A DNA stretch of 64,000 nucleotides, from contig JACQWY010000028.1 of NCBI GenBank assembly GCA_016209015.1, forward strand, positions 13,356 to 77,355, written 5' to 3'. The notes below the pieces were generated by a model, which was given only the letters and a program-made list of their open reading frames with translations, did no database searches and was not told where the DNA came from. Origin of the DNA: Gammaproteobacteria bacterium. Lineage in GTDB: Bacteria; Pseudomonadota; Gammaproteobacteria; Ga0077536. The translations under genes were made by a program, and so were the position numbers. Below are positions 1 through 9,077 of the stretch, one piece after another (within the stretch, counting starts at the first letter, position 1; the number at the start of each line of letters is the position of its first letter).

Positions 1-287
1 CTTCAAGGTCGCGCGGATGCTCTCGCCGTACACGGGGACTTCCCAGCGGCCGATGCGGACGTGCCCGGCCTCAACGCGGAGGCACTGCACGAGGGCCTGG
101 GTGATCGACCGGAGCACCAGACTCCGATCGACGCCCGGCAGGACCTCGAGCTCGGCGACGGCCATGCCGGCGGCGGGAGTGCCCAGCGGATTGAAGACTG
201 AGGTCACCCGCACGTCGGTGCCGGCAGGGGGATCGATGCTCAGGGCCATGAGCCCGGTGGCGTCGCGGCTCGCGATTTGAATCGTCA
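1..287 (-). CDS. partial CDS running off the left window edge (GTG start ~287 after a GAGGA Shine-Dalgarno); product unknown
   Basis: minus-strand translation VTIQIASRDATGLMALSIDPPAGTDVRV... is well composed and open to the edge; absent from the ORF track only because no stop lies inside the window. Confidence 0.3.
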
Positions 288-513
288 CTTTTTCGGTCCT
301 CTCGGCTCTCTTGCCGAGCTCGTGGCGCGCACTGGCACTGTAAACCCTATCGGGAGTATGCTGAAGGCGGCCCCGACCAGCGGTTGCAACGCCAGCCGGG
401 ACCTAACCACTTCTGCAACCTGTTGACGAGGTCGCATTCATGGCTCACGCCAGTTTATCCGATCCGACGCGCCACGCGTGCGACCTCCCATTGCCTCAAG
501 GGGGGGCCAAACG

Positions 514-762
514 ATGGACACTTCGAACCTCAGCAAATTCGACGATCAGAGCTTCAAGATGCGGCTGGCACTGGGCCATCTGCACGCGATGCTCACTACC
601 GTGGTCGGCGACGGCTTCGAGTCGTTCAGCCATTACTCGGTCGAGATCCAGAACGATTACCTCGACGCGTGCCGGTCTAAAGCGGCGGAGTGTGAAACGC
701 TGCTCGACGGCTTAGACGGAATCGCGAGACCCGCGCTCTCCGCGGAAGGAGTCGCGGCATGA
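514..762 (+). CDS. hypothetical protein (83 aa, start MDTSNLSKF), first gene of a 4-gene co-directional operon
   Basis: ORF 478..762 trimmed to the internal ATG; 4-nt overlap with the next gene. Confidence 0.35.
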   Translation: MDTSNLSKFDDQSFKMRLALGHLHAMLTTVVGDGFESFSHYSVEIQNDYLDACRSKAAECETLLDGLDGIARPALSAEGVAA

Positions 763-1361
763 ACACAGTACGGACCATCGAGCACAAGCGTGGCGGCCAT
801 CGTCGCGCCGGCAGCGAGTGCATCGCTGCGCGTGGCGTTGCGGCCGAGATCACCGCGTTCGCGCCGACATCCGTCAAGGCGGAGATCGAAGCGATCCAGA
901 TCGGCAATGCGGCAATCGAAGGACTAACGCTCGCCGGCATTCAGATTGATGAACTCCTCCGCGACCAGCCCGAAAGCGCCGTGGGCTCCTGCGTGGTGAT
1001 GCAGGCGATCGTCGACAGCGTCGAGCGCGCGAAGGATGCTCTCCACGAGCAACTCGCGAAGATCGCGCGTGGCGACGATCGCGGCGACGAAGCGAGCGCC
1101 TCGGAAGGCGAAGACGCGGCAGCCGGCGGCGTCGATGAGGAGCCCAGCCGCTTGCGAAGCGAGGCCAGCGGGATCACGCCGCGCAGGCTCACGCAGCGGC
1201 TCAACTATCTCACGGGCGTCGCCGACATGGCGGCCGCAATCGTCCATGAAGGATCCGATCTCGGCGATGGAGCCCTCGGCGCGGTGCTAAACGGACTACG
1301 CGATCAGTTATCGGAAGCCCTCGGCTGGGCGTCCGCGCTGGAACACGGAGAGCCAGCATGA
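759..1361 (+). CDS. hypothetical acidic protein (200 aa)
   Basis: ORF track; ATGA-type overlap with neighbours on both sides. Confidence 0.4.
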   Translation: MNTVRTIEHKRGGHRRAGSECIAARGVAAEITAFAPTSVKAEIEAIQIGNAAIEGLTLAGIQIDELLRDQPESAVGSCVVMQAIVDSVERAKDALHEQLAKIARGDDRGDEASASEGEDAAAGGVDEEPSRLRSEASGITPRRLTQRLNYLTGVADMAAAIVHEGSDLGDGALGAVLNGLRDQLSEALGWASALEHGEPA

Positions 1362-1795
1362 GCGCCGGCAGGAAACCAGCTTCGGCGAAAGCAGCGCCAG
1401 CGAAGCCTTCACGTCGCCGGGAGAAGGATCCCGACATTATCGAATACGAAGTTGCAACCAATGCGCTGGAAAAGGCGCCGCCGCTCTTCAGCGACGAACA
1501 AGTGATGGCCCTCGATCGAGTATTTCTCTGTGAAGGTACTAGCCGCCGGGTCGGTCTCGCTACCGGCACATTAAGCGGCCCCGATCTGCGAAAAGCACTC
1601 GAAACGGCAGACCCGCGGACGGCGTCGATGATGATCGCGTCCATTCGTCTATGGCAGGGAAGGTTCAAAGACATGCACGAGGTATTCGACGCTTTGCATG
1701 CACGAAGCCTGATCGCCACCTGCTATCGCAACGATTGCACGGACGTCCTAGGCGAAGCCGATCGCATGGTTCGGGAGGGATTTCCAGCCGAATAG
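1358..1795 (+). CDS. hypothetical protein (145 aa)
   Basis: ORF track; translationally coupled to the upstream gene. Confidence 0.4.
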   Translation: MSAGRKPASAKAAPAKPSRRREKDPDIIEYEVATNALEKAPPLFSDEQVMALDRVFLCEGTSRRVGLATGTLSGPDLRKALETADPRTASMMIASIRLWQGRFKDMHEVFDALHARSLIATCYRNDCTDVLGEADRMVREGFPAE

Positions 1796-1890
1796 GCTCG
1801 TCGTTTCACCTGCCGCCCGGGCTCCGGCTCGGGCAGCTGCCCAACTCGGGAATGGGCCGCATGTAGACGATGCGGCCGTGAGGTCAAGTC

Positions 1891-2571
1891 ATGAAACACG
1901 ATGAAAAATGGACGGCCTATCACGAGGCCGGGCACGCCGCCGCGGATCTGATCCTTGGGCACTATTCGATGGGCGTGTCCATCGTGGCCAAACCCGAAGA
2001 CGGATCGCGGGGTCGTGCCGTCGCTGACGGCTTGGACGAATTCAGTACCGCCGGGGTCGCGAATATCGTCGTCGCACTGCTGGCGGGAGCCGAAGCGCAA
2101 CGCCGCGTGATGAGGCCATGCAAGCGCAGCGCCGCGTGGATCCGGCGCGGCGGCGGAGACAACAGGCAGATCCAGCGCCACGAACGAATCCTTCGCGTTC
2201 GCGGCAGAGATCCAATTCCTGCGCTTCGTGAACGCACGCGAGCCTTGCTGTCCGAGCACTGGGATTTCGTCGAGATGATCGCCGAGGCGCTGCTCGAGCA
2301 TCGGGTGCTTCACGGTGACGAGGTGAACCTCCTGCACGACATTTACCGCGGCGACGCCGAGGCGCGCGACTTGACGGTTATGCGGGTGCACGTGCAGGAC
2401 ACGCTCCGGAGCATGCCCGGTCGGCGCGATCCGCTCACGGTGGAGGTCGACGGCGGCCGTGTCATTGTCATGGGCAGCGTAAACGAGCGATTGCGGGCGC
2501 GGCTGCTCGAGGCAGAGCCCGGAACGAAGCTGCACGCCGCCGACCTCCGCGCGGACGTGGACGACGTCTGA
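1891..2571 (+). CDS. HExxH metallopeptidase-like protein with FtsH/M41-type HEAGHA motif plus a C-terminal BON-like domain
   Basis: motif YHEAGHAAADLILG near the N-terminus; C-terminal VEVDGGRVIVMGSVNERLRARL resembles a BON domain. Confidence 0.45.
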   Translation: MKHDEKWTAYHEAGHAAADLILGHYSMGVSIVAKPEDGSRGRAVADGLDEFSTAGVANIVVALLAGAEAQRRVMRPCKRSAAWIRRGGGDNRQIQRHERILRVRGRDPIPALRERTRALLSEHWDFVEMIAEALLEHRVLHGDEVNLLHDIYRGDAEARDLTVMRVHVQDTLRSMPGRRDPLTVEVDGGRVIVMGSVNERLRARLLEAEPGTKLHAADLRADVDDV

Positions 2572-2856
2572 TCCGTGTTCGTCGGTTGCGAGGGAGACGA
2601 ACCGGCCGAGGGCGCGGAGCTTGTCCATCCCGAGTGGGATGCGCCGGTCCTGAAGTTCGGCATCCGGCGGGACTCCGGGGCAACGCCGGTGCTGTGGGAA
2701 CTTGACCTCGAGACTGGGCGAACAGCGCAGCGATGACCTTGTCCCAGGCAGCGGGCTACACGACTTATGCGCTGGGCTCAGAAAAACGCGCGCGATGCAT
2801 TAGGATGAGCAGAGCAGGCGTTCAAGCGAGCCTCAGTAACCGTTGGGGGGGTAACT

Positions 2857-3288
2857 ATGAGGTATGTAGGATTCGTCTTGTTCTTCGCGCTTTCGGCAAC
2901 AGCGGAAGCCGCATATTACAAGAAATCTTCGGAGCTGTTTCGCGAGTGCGCTTCAGAGGCGTCCGCTGATGCTGTTTCGTGCGTCTCATATGTGATTGCT
3001 GTAAACGACCTAGCGGAAGTGATGGCACACGCTGACACTGGCTCTAAACCGGCCTGGTGCGTACCTTCGGCGGTGACGGGAGGCGAACTACGCACAGCGG
3101 TGCTGCGCTATTACGGGGCTTACCCCGCCCGCGCCAATGGCGTCGCGGCCGCCGTGGTTGCGGATGCTTTAGCAGCCGCATATCCGTGTGGGGAGGCGGG
3201 CTCTCAAACGCTTATTCACAAAATGCTACACCCAGAAGACGAGCGGCCCGTGAAGCCACCGACGAGCCCAGTTCCCGAAGTTCGGTAA
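2857..3288 (+). CDS. secreted small protein (signal peptide MRYVGFVLFFALSATAEA) in a lower-GC islet
   Basis: classic n-h-c signal peptide; local AT enrichment 2733-3300. Confidence 0.5.
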   Translation: MRYVGFVLFFALSATAEAAYYKKSSELFRECASEASADAVSCVSYVIAVNDLAEVMAHADTGSKPAWCVPSAVTGGELRTAVLRYYGAYPARANGVAAAVVADALAAAYPCGEAGSQTLIHKMLHPEDERPVKPPTSPVPEVR

Positions 3289-3594
3289 CAGGCACCACGC
3301 GCGGGCCAATCCCTCACCCGATGATGATCGAATACAGGTGGTTCGTGCCCCCTCAGAATCGCACCTAACCCCACACGCGCGGCGGCATACTCGTGCAGCA
3401 GCCATACCGAGCAGGTCCTCGGAAAAATGCGCAGGACGCATTAGGCGAGACCGGCAGGCCCGAGCTCGCACCAGTTGAAGCCGGCATAGAAAGTCCTTGG
3501 CGCGCCATGTTCGCTTTGACGCGGATGCAGCGGGTGCCTATCTTACCCGCATCTACTGGACTGGAATCTGGGAAGTGCTGGGGGAGCCATAAAG

Positions 3595-4212
3595 GTGGAC
3601 AGAGACGTCGTTATCGATTGCCCTCAATGTGCCATTCGCGTTAATGCCAAAGTGCGGGGTAGCGTCCATGATCAGGACTCGGAGGTGAGCGTCGTACTAG
3701 CTGAGTGCCCTTCATGTCGCGGGCCGCTGGTCGGCCTGACGGAGGTATATCAGGACGGCTTTGACAACTGGGGATTTGCTCACGCCGAGCGCGTATGGCC
3801 CGCTCCTTCTGCCGTCGAGTTGAGCGCCACAATTCCAGAGGCTGCGCGGCGTGACATTAAGGACGCGCAGAAGTGCTTGGGGCACGGAATCTATTCTGCT
3901 GCCACAGTGTTATGCGGCCGAGCCCTCGAAAGACTCTCGAAGATGAAGGCGTCGAAGAGGTCGCTAGCGGAAGGCTTAGATGCGTTGAAGCAACAGGGCA
4001 CGATCGACGAACGCCTCTTTCAATGGGCCACCGCGCTTCGGAAAGAGCGCAACCTCGGCGCGCATGCTGCAGATGAGGAAGTTACGAAGCAAAATGCTGA
4101 AGACGTCCTCGCCTTTACTATCGCGATCTTCGAGTACGTCTATACCCTGTCGGAAAAGTACGCGGAATTCATGGCAAGGAAATCTGGGGTGGTGACCGAA
4201 GCAAAAGACTAA
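3595..4212 (+). CDS. zinc-ribbon (CPQC..CPSC) + DUF4145-like domain protein
   Basis: N-terminal CxxC-x~23-CxxC; C-terminal GRALERL...ALRKERNLGAHA...AIFEYVY matches the DUF4145 pattern I recall. Confidence 0.5.
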   Translation: MDRDVVIDCPQCAIRVNAKVRGSVHDQDSEVSVVLAECPSCRGPLVGLTEVYQDGFDNWGFAHAERVWPAPSAVELSATIPEAARRDIKDAQKCLGHGIYSAATVLCGRALERLSKMKASKRSLAEGLDALKQQGTIDERLFQWATALRKERNLGAHAADEEVTKQNAEDVLAFTIAIFEYVYTLSEKYAEFMARKSGVVTEAKD

Positions 4213-4384
4213 CCTGTCTTAGCGGCCGCAAGGTGTATCGCGCGCCCAGCCGCCGGCAAAGATTACAGCCACTGACGACAGCGATCTCTGGGCGGGACGT
4301 TCTCCAAATCAAATTGTGGCGTGTAGCTGCGTCGCGAATTCCGTCGTCAACGGAGATTCCGCGGCGTGCTACGATTTGAGAATC

Positions 4385-5134
4385 ATGGCCACAAAATCAT
4401 TAATCGAATGGACTGAACAGACGTGGAATCCGACCACGGGCTGTACGAAAATTTCGCCTGGCTGCAAGAATTGCTACGCGGAGGTCATGGCAAAGCGCCT
4501 GCAAGCCATGGGCGCGTCAGGGTACGACGTGGGGTTCGAGCTCGCGATGCATCCCGCGCGACTCAGCCAGCCGCTCCGGCGAAAAAAGCCGGCGGTTTAT
4601 TTCGTAAATTCGATGAGCGATCTTTTCCACAAGGACGTTCCTGACGCATTCCTCGACCGTGTGCTCGATGTGATTCGAAGCACCCCGCAGCACACCTATC
4701 AGGTCCTCACGAAGCGCGCCGAGCGGCTTCCCGCATTCTTCGCTCACCGCGAGTGCCCGCCGAACGTCTGGCTGGGCGTCTCCGTAGAGAATCGGGCCCA
4801 TGGGATCCCGCGTATCGGTCACCTGCGGGAAGTTGGCGCGCGCGTCCGTTTTCTTTCCATCGAACCGCTACTCGAAGATCTCGGCAAGCTGGACTTGCGA
4901 GGCATTCAGTGGGTGATTGTCGGAGGGGAATCTGGCCACAAGGCTCGGCCAATGCAGAAGGACTGGGTGCTAAACATCAAGCGGCAAGCCGAAGCGTCCG
5001 GGGTGCCGTTTTTCTTCAAGCAGTGGGGACGCTGGGGCTCGGACGGCGTCAGTCGCCACAAGAAGGTGAACGGCCGAATTCTCGATGGTCGCACGTGGGA
5101 CATGATGCCCTGCAGTGCGTCCGCGACCCGTTAG
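4385..5134 (+). CDS. phage Gp37/Gp68-family (PF07505, three-Cys-motif) protein
   Basis: IEWTEQTWNPTTGCTKISPGCKNCYA family signature at the N-terminus; ...WVIVGGESG... near the C-terminus. Confidence 0.7.
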   Translation: MATKSLIEWTEQTWNPTTGCTKISPGCKNCYAEVMAKRLQAMGASGYDVGFELAMHPARLSQPLRRKKPAVYFVNSMSDLFHKDVPDAFLDRVLDVIRSTPQHTYQVLTKRAERLPAFFAHRECPPNVWLGVSVENRAHGIPRIGHLREVGARVRFLSIEPLLEDLGKLDLRGIQWVIVGGESGHKARPMQKDWVLNIKRQAEASGVPFFFKQWGRWGSDGVSRHKKVNGRILDGRTWDMMPCSASATR

Positions 5135-6093
5135 AAGCCAAAGTCGCGCTGCGGCCCCACCTGCATAATGGCTTTCCAGAACTTCTGCGGGAGCCCATGT
5201 TTCGACGCCATCAGCAGCCAGTACAACGGCTGGTTCCTACTCCCGGTGATCAATCGCATTTCGGTCGATGCCCAAATTCCACTCCCGGCAACGAGGCCTC
5301 GCCAGTATTCGATGATGTTCCGGCGGAGTTCATGCTGAGGGACCTTGGCGGGAACGTGTTGCCGCCATCCAGGCGCGAATTTTTCAAACGCCGAGGACTC
5401 CGCGGCGAGATTCCTTTCCGAGTTTCGCTGAAGATCCATTGCGCTGAGATGAATCAGAATGTCCGGGCGGTGTAGCCTCGAGAGCGCCTGCAGAATTTCG
5501 AAATCGAGCTCGGCAAGGTTGTACGGATCCAGAAAAATCAGGTGGAGCCCGCGCGGATCGAGTTGCTGAAGCGCGGCATGCGTCGCTTCAACAGCAGGTC
5601 CGGCCAGTTCATATACGGGGGCGTTTAAGCGCCGAAGACGCTCAGCACATGCGACACGGCGAGGCTCGTCCACATCGGCGATTAACACCTTGGAGAAGGG
5701 GGCGTCGCCATCGACGCTCGTTTTCCAAGCAGTAGGGGCGCTACCGTCGATCCATTCGGCGGTGCCTTCGACTCGCGCGCGCCCCGAACCCGAAAAGAGA
5801 TCTATGAATGTCGCGCCGGCCTTCTTAGGGCCGATGAACTTCTTTCGTGCCGGTCCTGAGATTTCTAAATAGAGGCGAAGGCATTCGTGCTTTTCCTTCG
5901 TCCAGACACCGACCTCGTCGCCCAATAGCCCGTCGTCCGCTTCGATGATTGTCACGAACCGTCCTTCTGCCGATGAGGGAATCGTCCCATGAGCCCGCTC
6001 GGATTCTACCCGTAGAAGCCCGAGACGGAACGAGGCTAACGGAAACGAGGCAACGAATATCAAGCGGCCCGCAAATGCCACCAGATCTGCCAC
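5131..6093 (-). CDS. three-Cys-motif partner (TcmP-like) protein with methyltransferase-like motifs
   Basis: convergent and adjacent to the PF07505 gene; IDLFSGSG (SAM-motif-I-like) and LIFLDPYN (DPPY-like). Confidence 0.55.
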   Translation of the reverse strand: MADLVAFAGRLIFVASFPLASFRLGLLRVESERAHGTIPSSAEGRFVTIIEADDGLLGDEVGVWTKEKHECLRLYLEISGPARKKFIGPKKAGATFIDLFSGSGRARVEGTAEWIDGSAPTAWKTSVDGDAPFSKVLIADVDEPRRVACAERLRRLNAPVYELAGPAVEATHAALQQLDPRGLHLIFLDPYNLAELDFEILQALSRLHRPDILIHLSAMDLQRNSERNLAAESSAFEKFAPGWRQHVPAKVPQHELRRNIIEYWRGLVAGSGIWASTEMRLITGSRNQPLYWLLMASKHGLPQKFWKAIMQVGPQRDFGF

Positions 6094-6149
6094 GTATTAC
6101 TGAGTTTCGAAACGGAAGGGAGTCGCAATATGCTATCCCTTTGTTTCAT

Positions 6150-6197
6150 TGGCTCCCCGGGACGGGCTCGAACCGCCGACCCAGTGATTAACAGATA
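6150..6197 (-). tRNA. 3' portion of a tRNA gene (T-arm, acceptor 3' strand, CCA) with no matching 5' half; prophage att core (direct-repeat copy)
   Basis: minus-strand GGTCGGCGGTTCGAGCCCGTCCCGGGGAGCCA; the upstream sequence cannot form acceptor, D or anticodon arms. Confidence 0.6.
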
Positions 6198-6235
6198 GTT
6201 TCTCATGTGAGAAAGATCATCATCTTAACCTATTT

Positions 6236-6293
6236 TTCCGAATATTTTCGGGGGTCGGTTTCAATAACTTAGGAACTGTATATTCGGAAAATT
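6236..6293. repeat. AT-rich att arm with a CCGAA-N4-TTCGG palindrome and direct ATTCGGAA repeats (candidate integrase/IHF arm sites)
   Basis: ccgaatattttcgg; attcggaaaattcggaat, lying between the att core and the end of int. Confidence 0.4.
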
Positions 6294-6298
6294 CGGAA

Positions 6299-7327
6299 TC
6301 ACTTTTCAGCCTCGGATCCTATCGTCGGTACCAGCGTCGGCTTGCGATCGTAGAGCGCGACCATGCGCTCAGTCGCGTGCCCGCTGAACTTCCGCTTATC
6401 ACCCTCGAAGTCTGAGATCCCCTTCGCCTTCAAATCGTGGAAAGTCCAGTCCACCGCGGCACCCTTCGGAGCCAGGTCCTCGCGCAGCCGCGCCCATGCT
6501 GACTCGAAGCCGTTCCGCGTGTAGCCGTTGCCCTTCTTGTTGCAGACCACGCGCGTCGCGCCGGCCGGCGCTTCGGCGCGGCACATCTCGATCGCCCCCT
6601 TCAGCCGAGGCGACCACGCCTTGATCTGCCGCTTCGCGGTTTTCCCCTGACGAATGTAGACGCCTTCCTCGCGGAGCTCGAACGTCGTGAGCTTCAGCAC
6701 GTCGGAGAGACGTGCCGCGCAGAGATACGCGATTTCCATCGCGGCCCGGATTGGTGTGCTCGCCGCGTTGAACACGGCCGCGTACTCGGCGTCCGTCACG
6801 TAGCGGTCGCGAGCGCGCTCCGAAAAGCGGTCGACACCTTCGCAGGGGTTGTGCTCGATATAGCCGCGCTGCAGGCCCCAGACACAGATCACGCTGAGCA
6901 GGGCAAGGTAGCGATTCGCCATCGTCGTGGTGCGCTTCCCGGTGCGTGCATTCAGCCGAGATCCGACCTTGTCGACGTACTGCCGGACGTGTGTCGTCTT
7001 CAGGGCGTTGCAGCGCATCTTGCCGAACACGGCGAGCAGCCCGACGCCGCCGGCGTCGCGCTGGCGCTCGTAGCTTTTGCGCGTCTCGAGGGCGAGGTCT
7101 TCGAAATTCGAGCTCGCGAAATAGGCCTTGATGAGATCGGCCATGGTGCCGCTCGTCGTGATCTCTGCGAGCACGCTCCGGTGCGCGGCCAGGACCTCGG
7201 CGCGACTCGCGGTGAGCGCAGCCAAGCGCACGGCGCCGCCTGTGCGCGGACGGAACTCGTAGGCAGACCGACCGCGGTAGACTCGCGGCGGCATCCATCT
7301 ATCTTCGGGCGGACGATTTCGGCCCAT
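6299..7327 (-). CDS. int: tyrosine-type phage integrase
   Basis: ~340 aa; C-terminal catalytic region (ARLSDV, HDLKAKG, MVALYDR); sits next to the tRNA-derived att; alternative start at 7294. Confidence 0.85.
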   Translation of the reverse strand: MGRNRPPEDRWMPPRVYRGRSAYEFRPRTGGAVRLAALTASRAEVLAAHRSVLAEITTSGTMADLIKAYFASSNFEDLALETRKSYERQRDAGGVGLLAVFGKMRCNALKTTHVRQYVDKVGSRLNARTGKRTTTMANRYLALLSVICVWGLQRGYIEHNPCEGVDRFSERARDRYVTDAEYAAVFNAASTPIRAAMEIAYLCAARLSDVLKLTTFELREEGVYIRQGKTAKRQIKAWSPRLKGAIEMCRAEAPAGATRVVCNKKGNGYTRNGFESAWARLREDLAPKGAAVDWTFHDLKAKGISDFEGDKRKFSGHATERMVALYDRKPTLVPTIGSEAEK

Positions 7328-7550
7328 CTTTCAACACCCCCGAAAAGTCGGGTTCGGTTGTGGCCCGAGACAGAGCGGACGCGGGGTGATTCAGCGAGAA
7401 CCACGTGACCCGGACGGCGCCGTCGAGCCGGCGAATGAAAAAGATACCATGCCGGGCCAGGATCTCGGCCTGCTTGGCCGGCTGGACAGCGCCAGTCGCC
7501 TCGTGCAGTTCCACGTCGGTTAGGAACCTGTCCATGCCGAGGTCACCCAT
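7299..7550 (-). CDS. excisionase-like / DUF4224-type small DNA-binding protein
   Basis: 83 aa MGDLGMDRFLTDVELHEATGAVQPAKQAEILARHGIFFIRRLDGAVRVTW; immediately upstream of int. Confidence 0.5.
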   Translation of the reverse strand: MGDLGMDRFLTDVELHEATGAVQPAKQAEILARHGIFFIRRLDGAVRVTWFSLNHPASALSRATTEPDFSGVLKDGPKSSARR

Positions 7551-7821
7551 GACGACTCGCCAGGGCGGCGCACTTGCGGCAGCGCGGCCAGTTTCCGGCG
7601 CCGTAAAGCCAGCGCGCGGCGCCGCGACGACCACACAGCGAAACGGCATAGCTCGTGTTTTCGCGCCTGTAGTAATGCGCCTTTGCAATGTAATGGTCTG
7701 GGTCCACGTTCGTTGCCCAGCCGGCGCGGAAGTTCTCGAACTGACCTCCGCTGAAATAGGGAGGCCCCATGGCGGGCGCACAGCCCTCGGGCGCGATGCC
7801 GGGCTTCTCTCGTTGTGTCAT
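7543..7821 (-). CDS. hypothetical early protein (92 aa)
   Basis: ORF track; tight packing in the leftward operon. Confidence 0.35.
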   Translation of the reverse strand: MTQREKPGIAPEGCAPAMGPPYFSGGQFENFRAGWATNVDPDHYIAKAHYYRRENTSYAVSLCGRRGAARWLYGAGNWPRCRKCAALASRHG

Positions 7822-8192
7822 GCTCTCTCCCTCGCCTCCGCAAAGTCCGGATTGGTCAGGAACTCGCGGAACGTCATGTCGGGGAAGGATTCGCGCAGGT
7901 CCAGGAACTTCGCGTAGCGCCGCGTGCCGAGCGGCTCGCGGATGCTCTTGCGGCTCGCCATCGCGAGGTTGTATCCACGTGGAGTCGTGCGGTACCAGTC
8001 GTAGCTGAACCCCGGGCCCGACTCGCGGTAGCGCTCGACTAGCCCCATGCGCTCGAGCTCGGCGAACTCCGGGTCACCGGGATTCACCGCAGCGTAATTG
8101 CGGTACGGAGCGGGCCGGCGCGCGTAGGGCGTGTTGATTCCGAGCATGTGGCGCAGCGTGTGCAACTGGTCTTCTGTTGCGATCGGGGGCAT
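7818..8192 (-). CDS. hypothetical early protein (124 aa)
   Basis: ORF track; overlap coupling. Confidence 0.4.
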   Translation of the reverse strand: MPPIATEDQLHTLRHMLGINTPYARRPAPYRNYAAVNPGDPEFAELERMGLVERYRESGPGFSYDWYRTTPRGYNLAMASRKSIREPLGTRRYAKFLDLRESFPDMTFREFLTNPDFAEARERA

Positions 8193-8221
8193 TGAGGTTG
8201 CTCCTCATCTGTTGCGGTCGG

Positions 8222-8380
8222 TCATTGGCTGCACTGCTTCTCGATGCATTCAAACCAGATAACGCCGCGCACGAATGCGCCGCCGTGCTCGTGGCAGTTC
8301 CGCCAGCTCACGCCGATCAACGAGACAAAAATGACCACGATGAGCGCAAGTACAAGCGCCCAGATGAGTTCGGCTTTCAT
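8222..8380 (-). CDS. small single-TM membrane protein (52 aa, MKAELIWALVLALIVVIFVSLIG...)
   Basis: internal ATG preceded by GGTGGGAG SD; hydrophobic helix. Confidence 0.35.
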   Translation of the reverse strand: MKAELIWALVLALIVVIFVSLIGVSWRNCHEHGGAFVRGVIWFECIEKQCSQ

Positions 8381-8757
8381 CTCCCACCATCCTTCGGCGG
8401 CTCGGGGAGTGGCGGGGCAGAGTGCGCGACCTGTTGCGGCCAGAGGGCCAAGAACAGCAGGCACCCGAACTTACGCGAAGTCGTGATCGGCTTGCCGTCG
8501 CGGCTGCTCTCCCACAAGTCCCCCGCCACCTTCGGCTGCGCGTGCACGGTGCATGTGCCCCATGCGATTCTATCGATGCCGCGCATCCAGAATCCGCAAT
8601 CCTCGCAGTGGCCATAGGGTTCAGCCTTCTCGGCGCGATAGGCGCGCGCGGACGCAAGTCGCGCGGCATTGCGTAGGTAGTTGAGTTCCTTGTCTGATCG
8701 CTTGCGACCGGCCGCATAGCCCTTACTATAGCCACGCCCGTAGTCGTCGGATGTCAT
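8377..8757 (-). CDS. hypothetical early protein (126 aa)
   Basis: ORF track; ATGA overlap with the downstream gene. Confidence 0.4.
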   Translation of the reverse strand: MTSDDYGRGYSKGYAAGRKRSDKELNYLRNAARLASARAYRAEKAEPYGHCEDCGFWMRGIDRIAWGTCTVHAQPKVAGDLWESSRDGKPITTSRKFGCLLFLALWPQQVAHSAPPLPEPPKDGGR

Positions 8758-9077
8758 TTCTCCCCCTCGCCCAGCTCGCGCAGGGCACTATCAATGCAAT
8801 CCGGCCAATCGTCCCCGGTCGCCGTGAAATACTGGAACGCTCGCATCGCCACCTGTCGCGCATGGTCATCGCGGGAGGATTTGTATTCGTCCAGCAATCG
8901 CACAGCCGCCGAAAGCACATCGCGATGCAGGTAGTCGCATATTCCGTCACCATAATAGAGCCGAGTTTCATACGGTTGTTTGTTCCAAAAATCCTGCGCC
9001 TTTAGAAGTCCCTCCAGCCCGTGAGCGCCCTTGAAAACGCCGGTGTCGGTTAAAAGGTTTTCGACAGTCGTGCTCAT
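8754..9077 (-). CDS. hypothetical early protein (107 aa), tandem paralog of 9074..9316
   Basis: shared C-terminus IDSALRELGEGEK vs IDRALRELGEGGV and a ~35-bp DNA direct repeat. Confidence 0.4.
   Translation of the reverse strand: MSTTVENLLTDTGVFKGAHGLEGLLKAQDFWNKQPYETRLYYGDGICDYLHRDVLSAAVRLLDEYKSSRDDHARQVAMRAFQYFTATGDDWPDCIDSALRELGEGEK

Noticed and set aside
4316-4384. Upstream extension of the Gp37/Gp68 ORF from 4316
   Set aside because: The family-conserved N-terminus begins at MATKSLIEW (ATG 4385). The 23-aa extension is not conserved in the second copy.
6150-6235. A possible complete tRNA gene
   Set aside because: Only the T-arm, acceptor 3' strand and CCA are present. The upstream 40 nt is AT-rich and cannot form acceptor, D or anticodon arms, so it is treated as an att duplicate rather than a functional tRNA.
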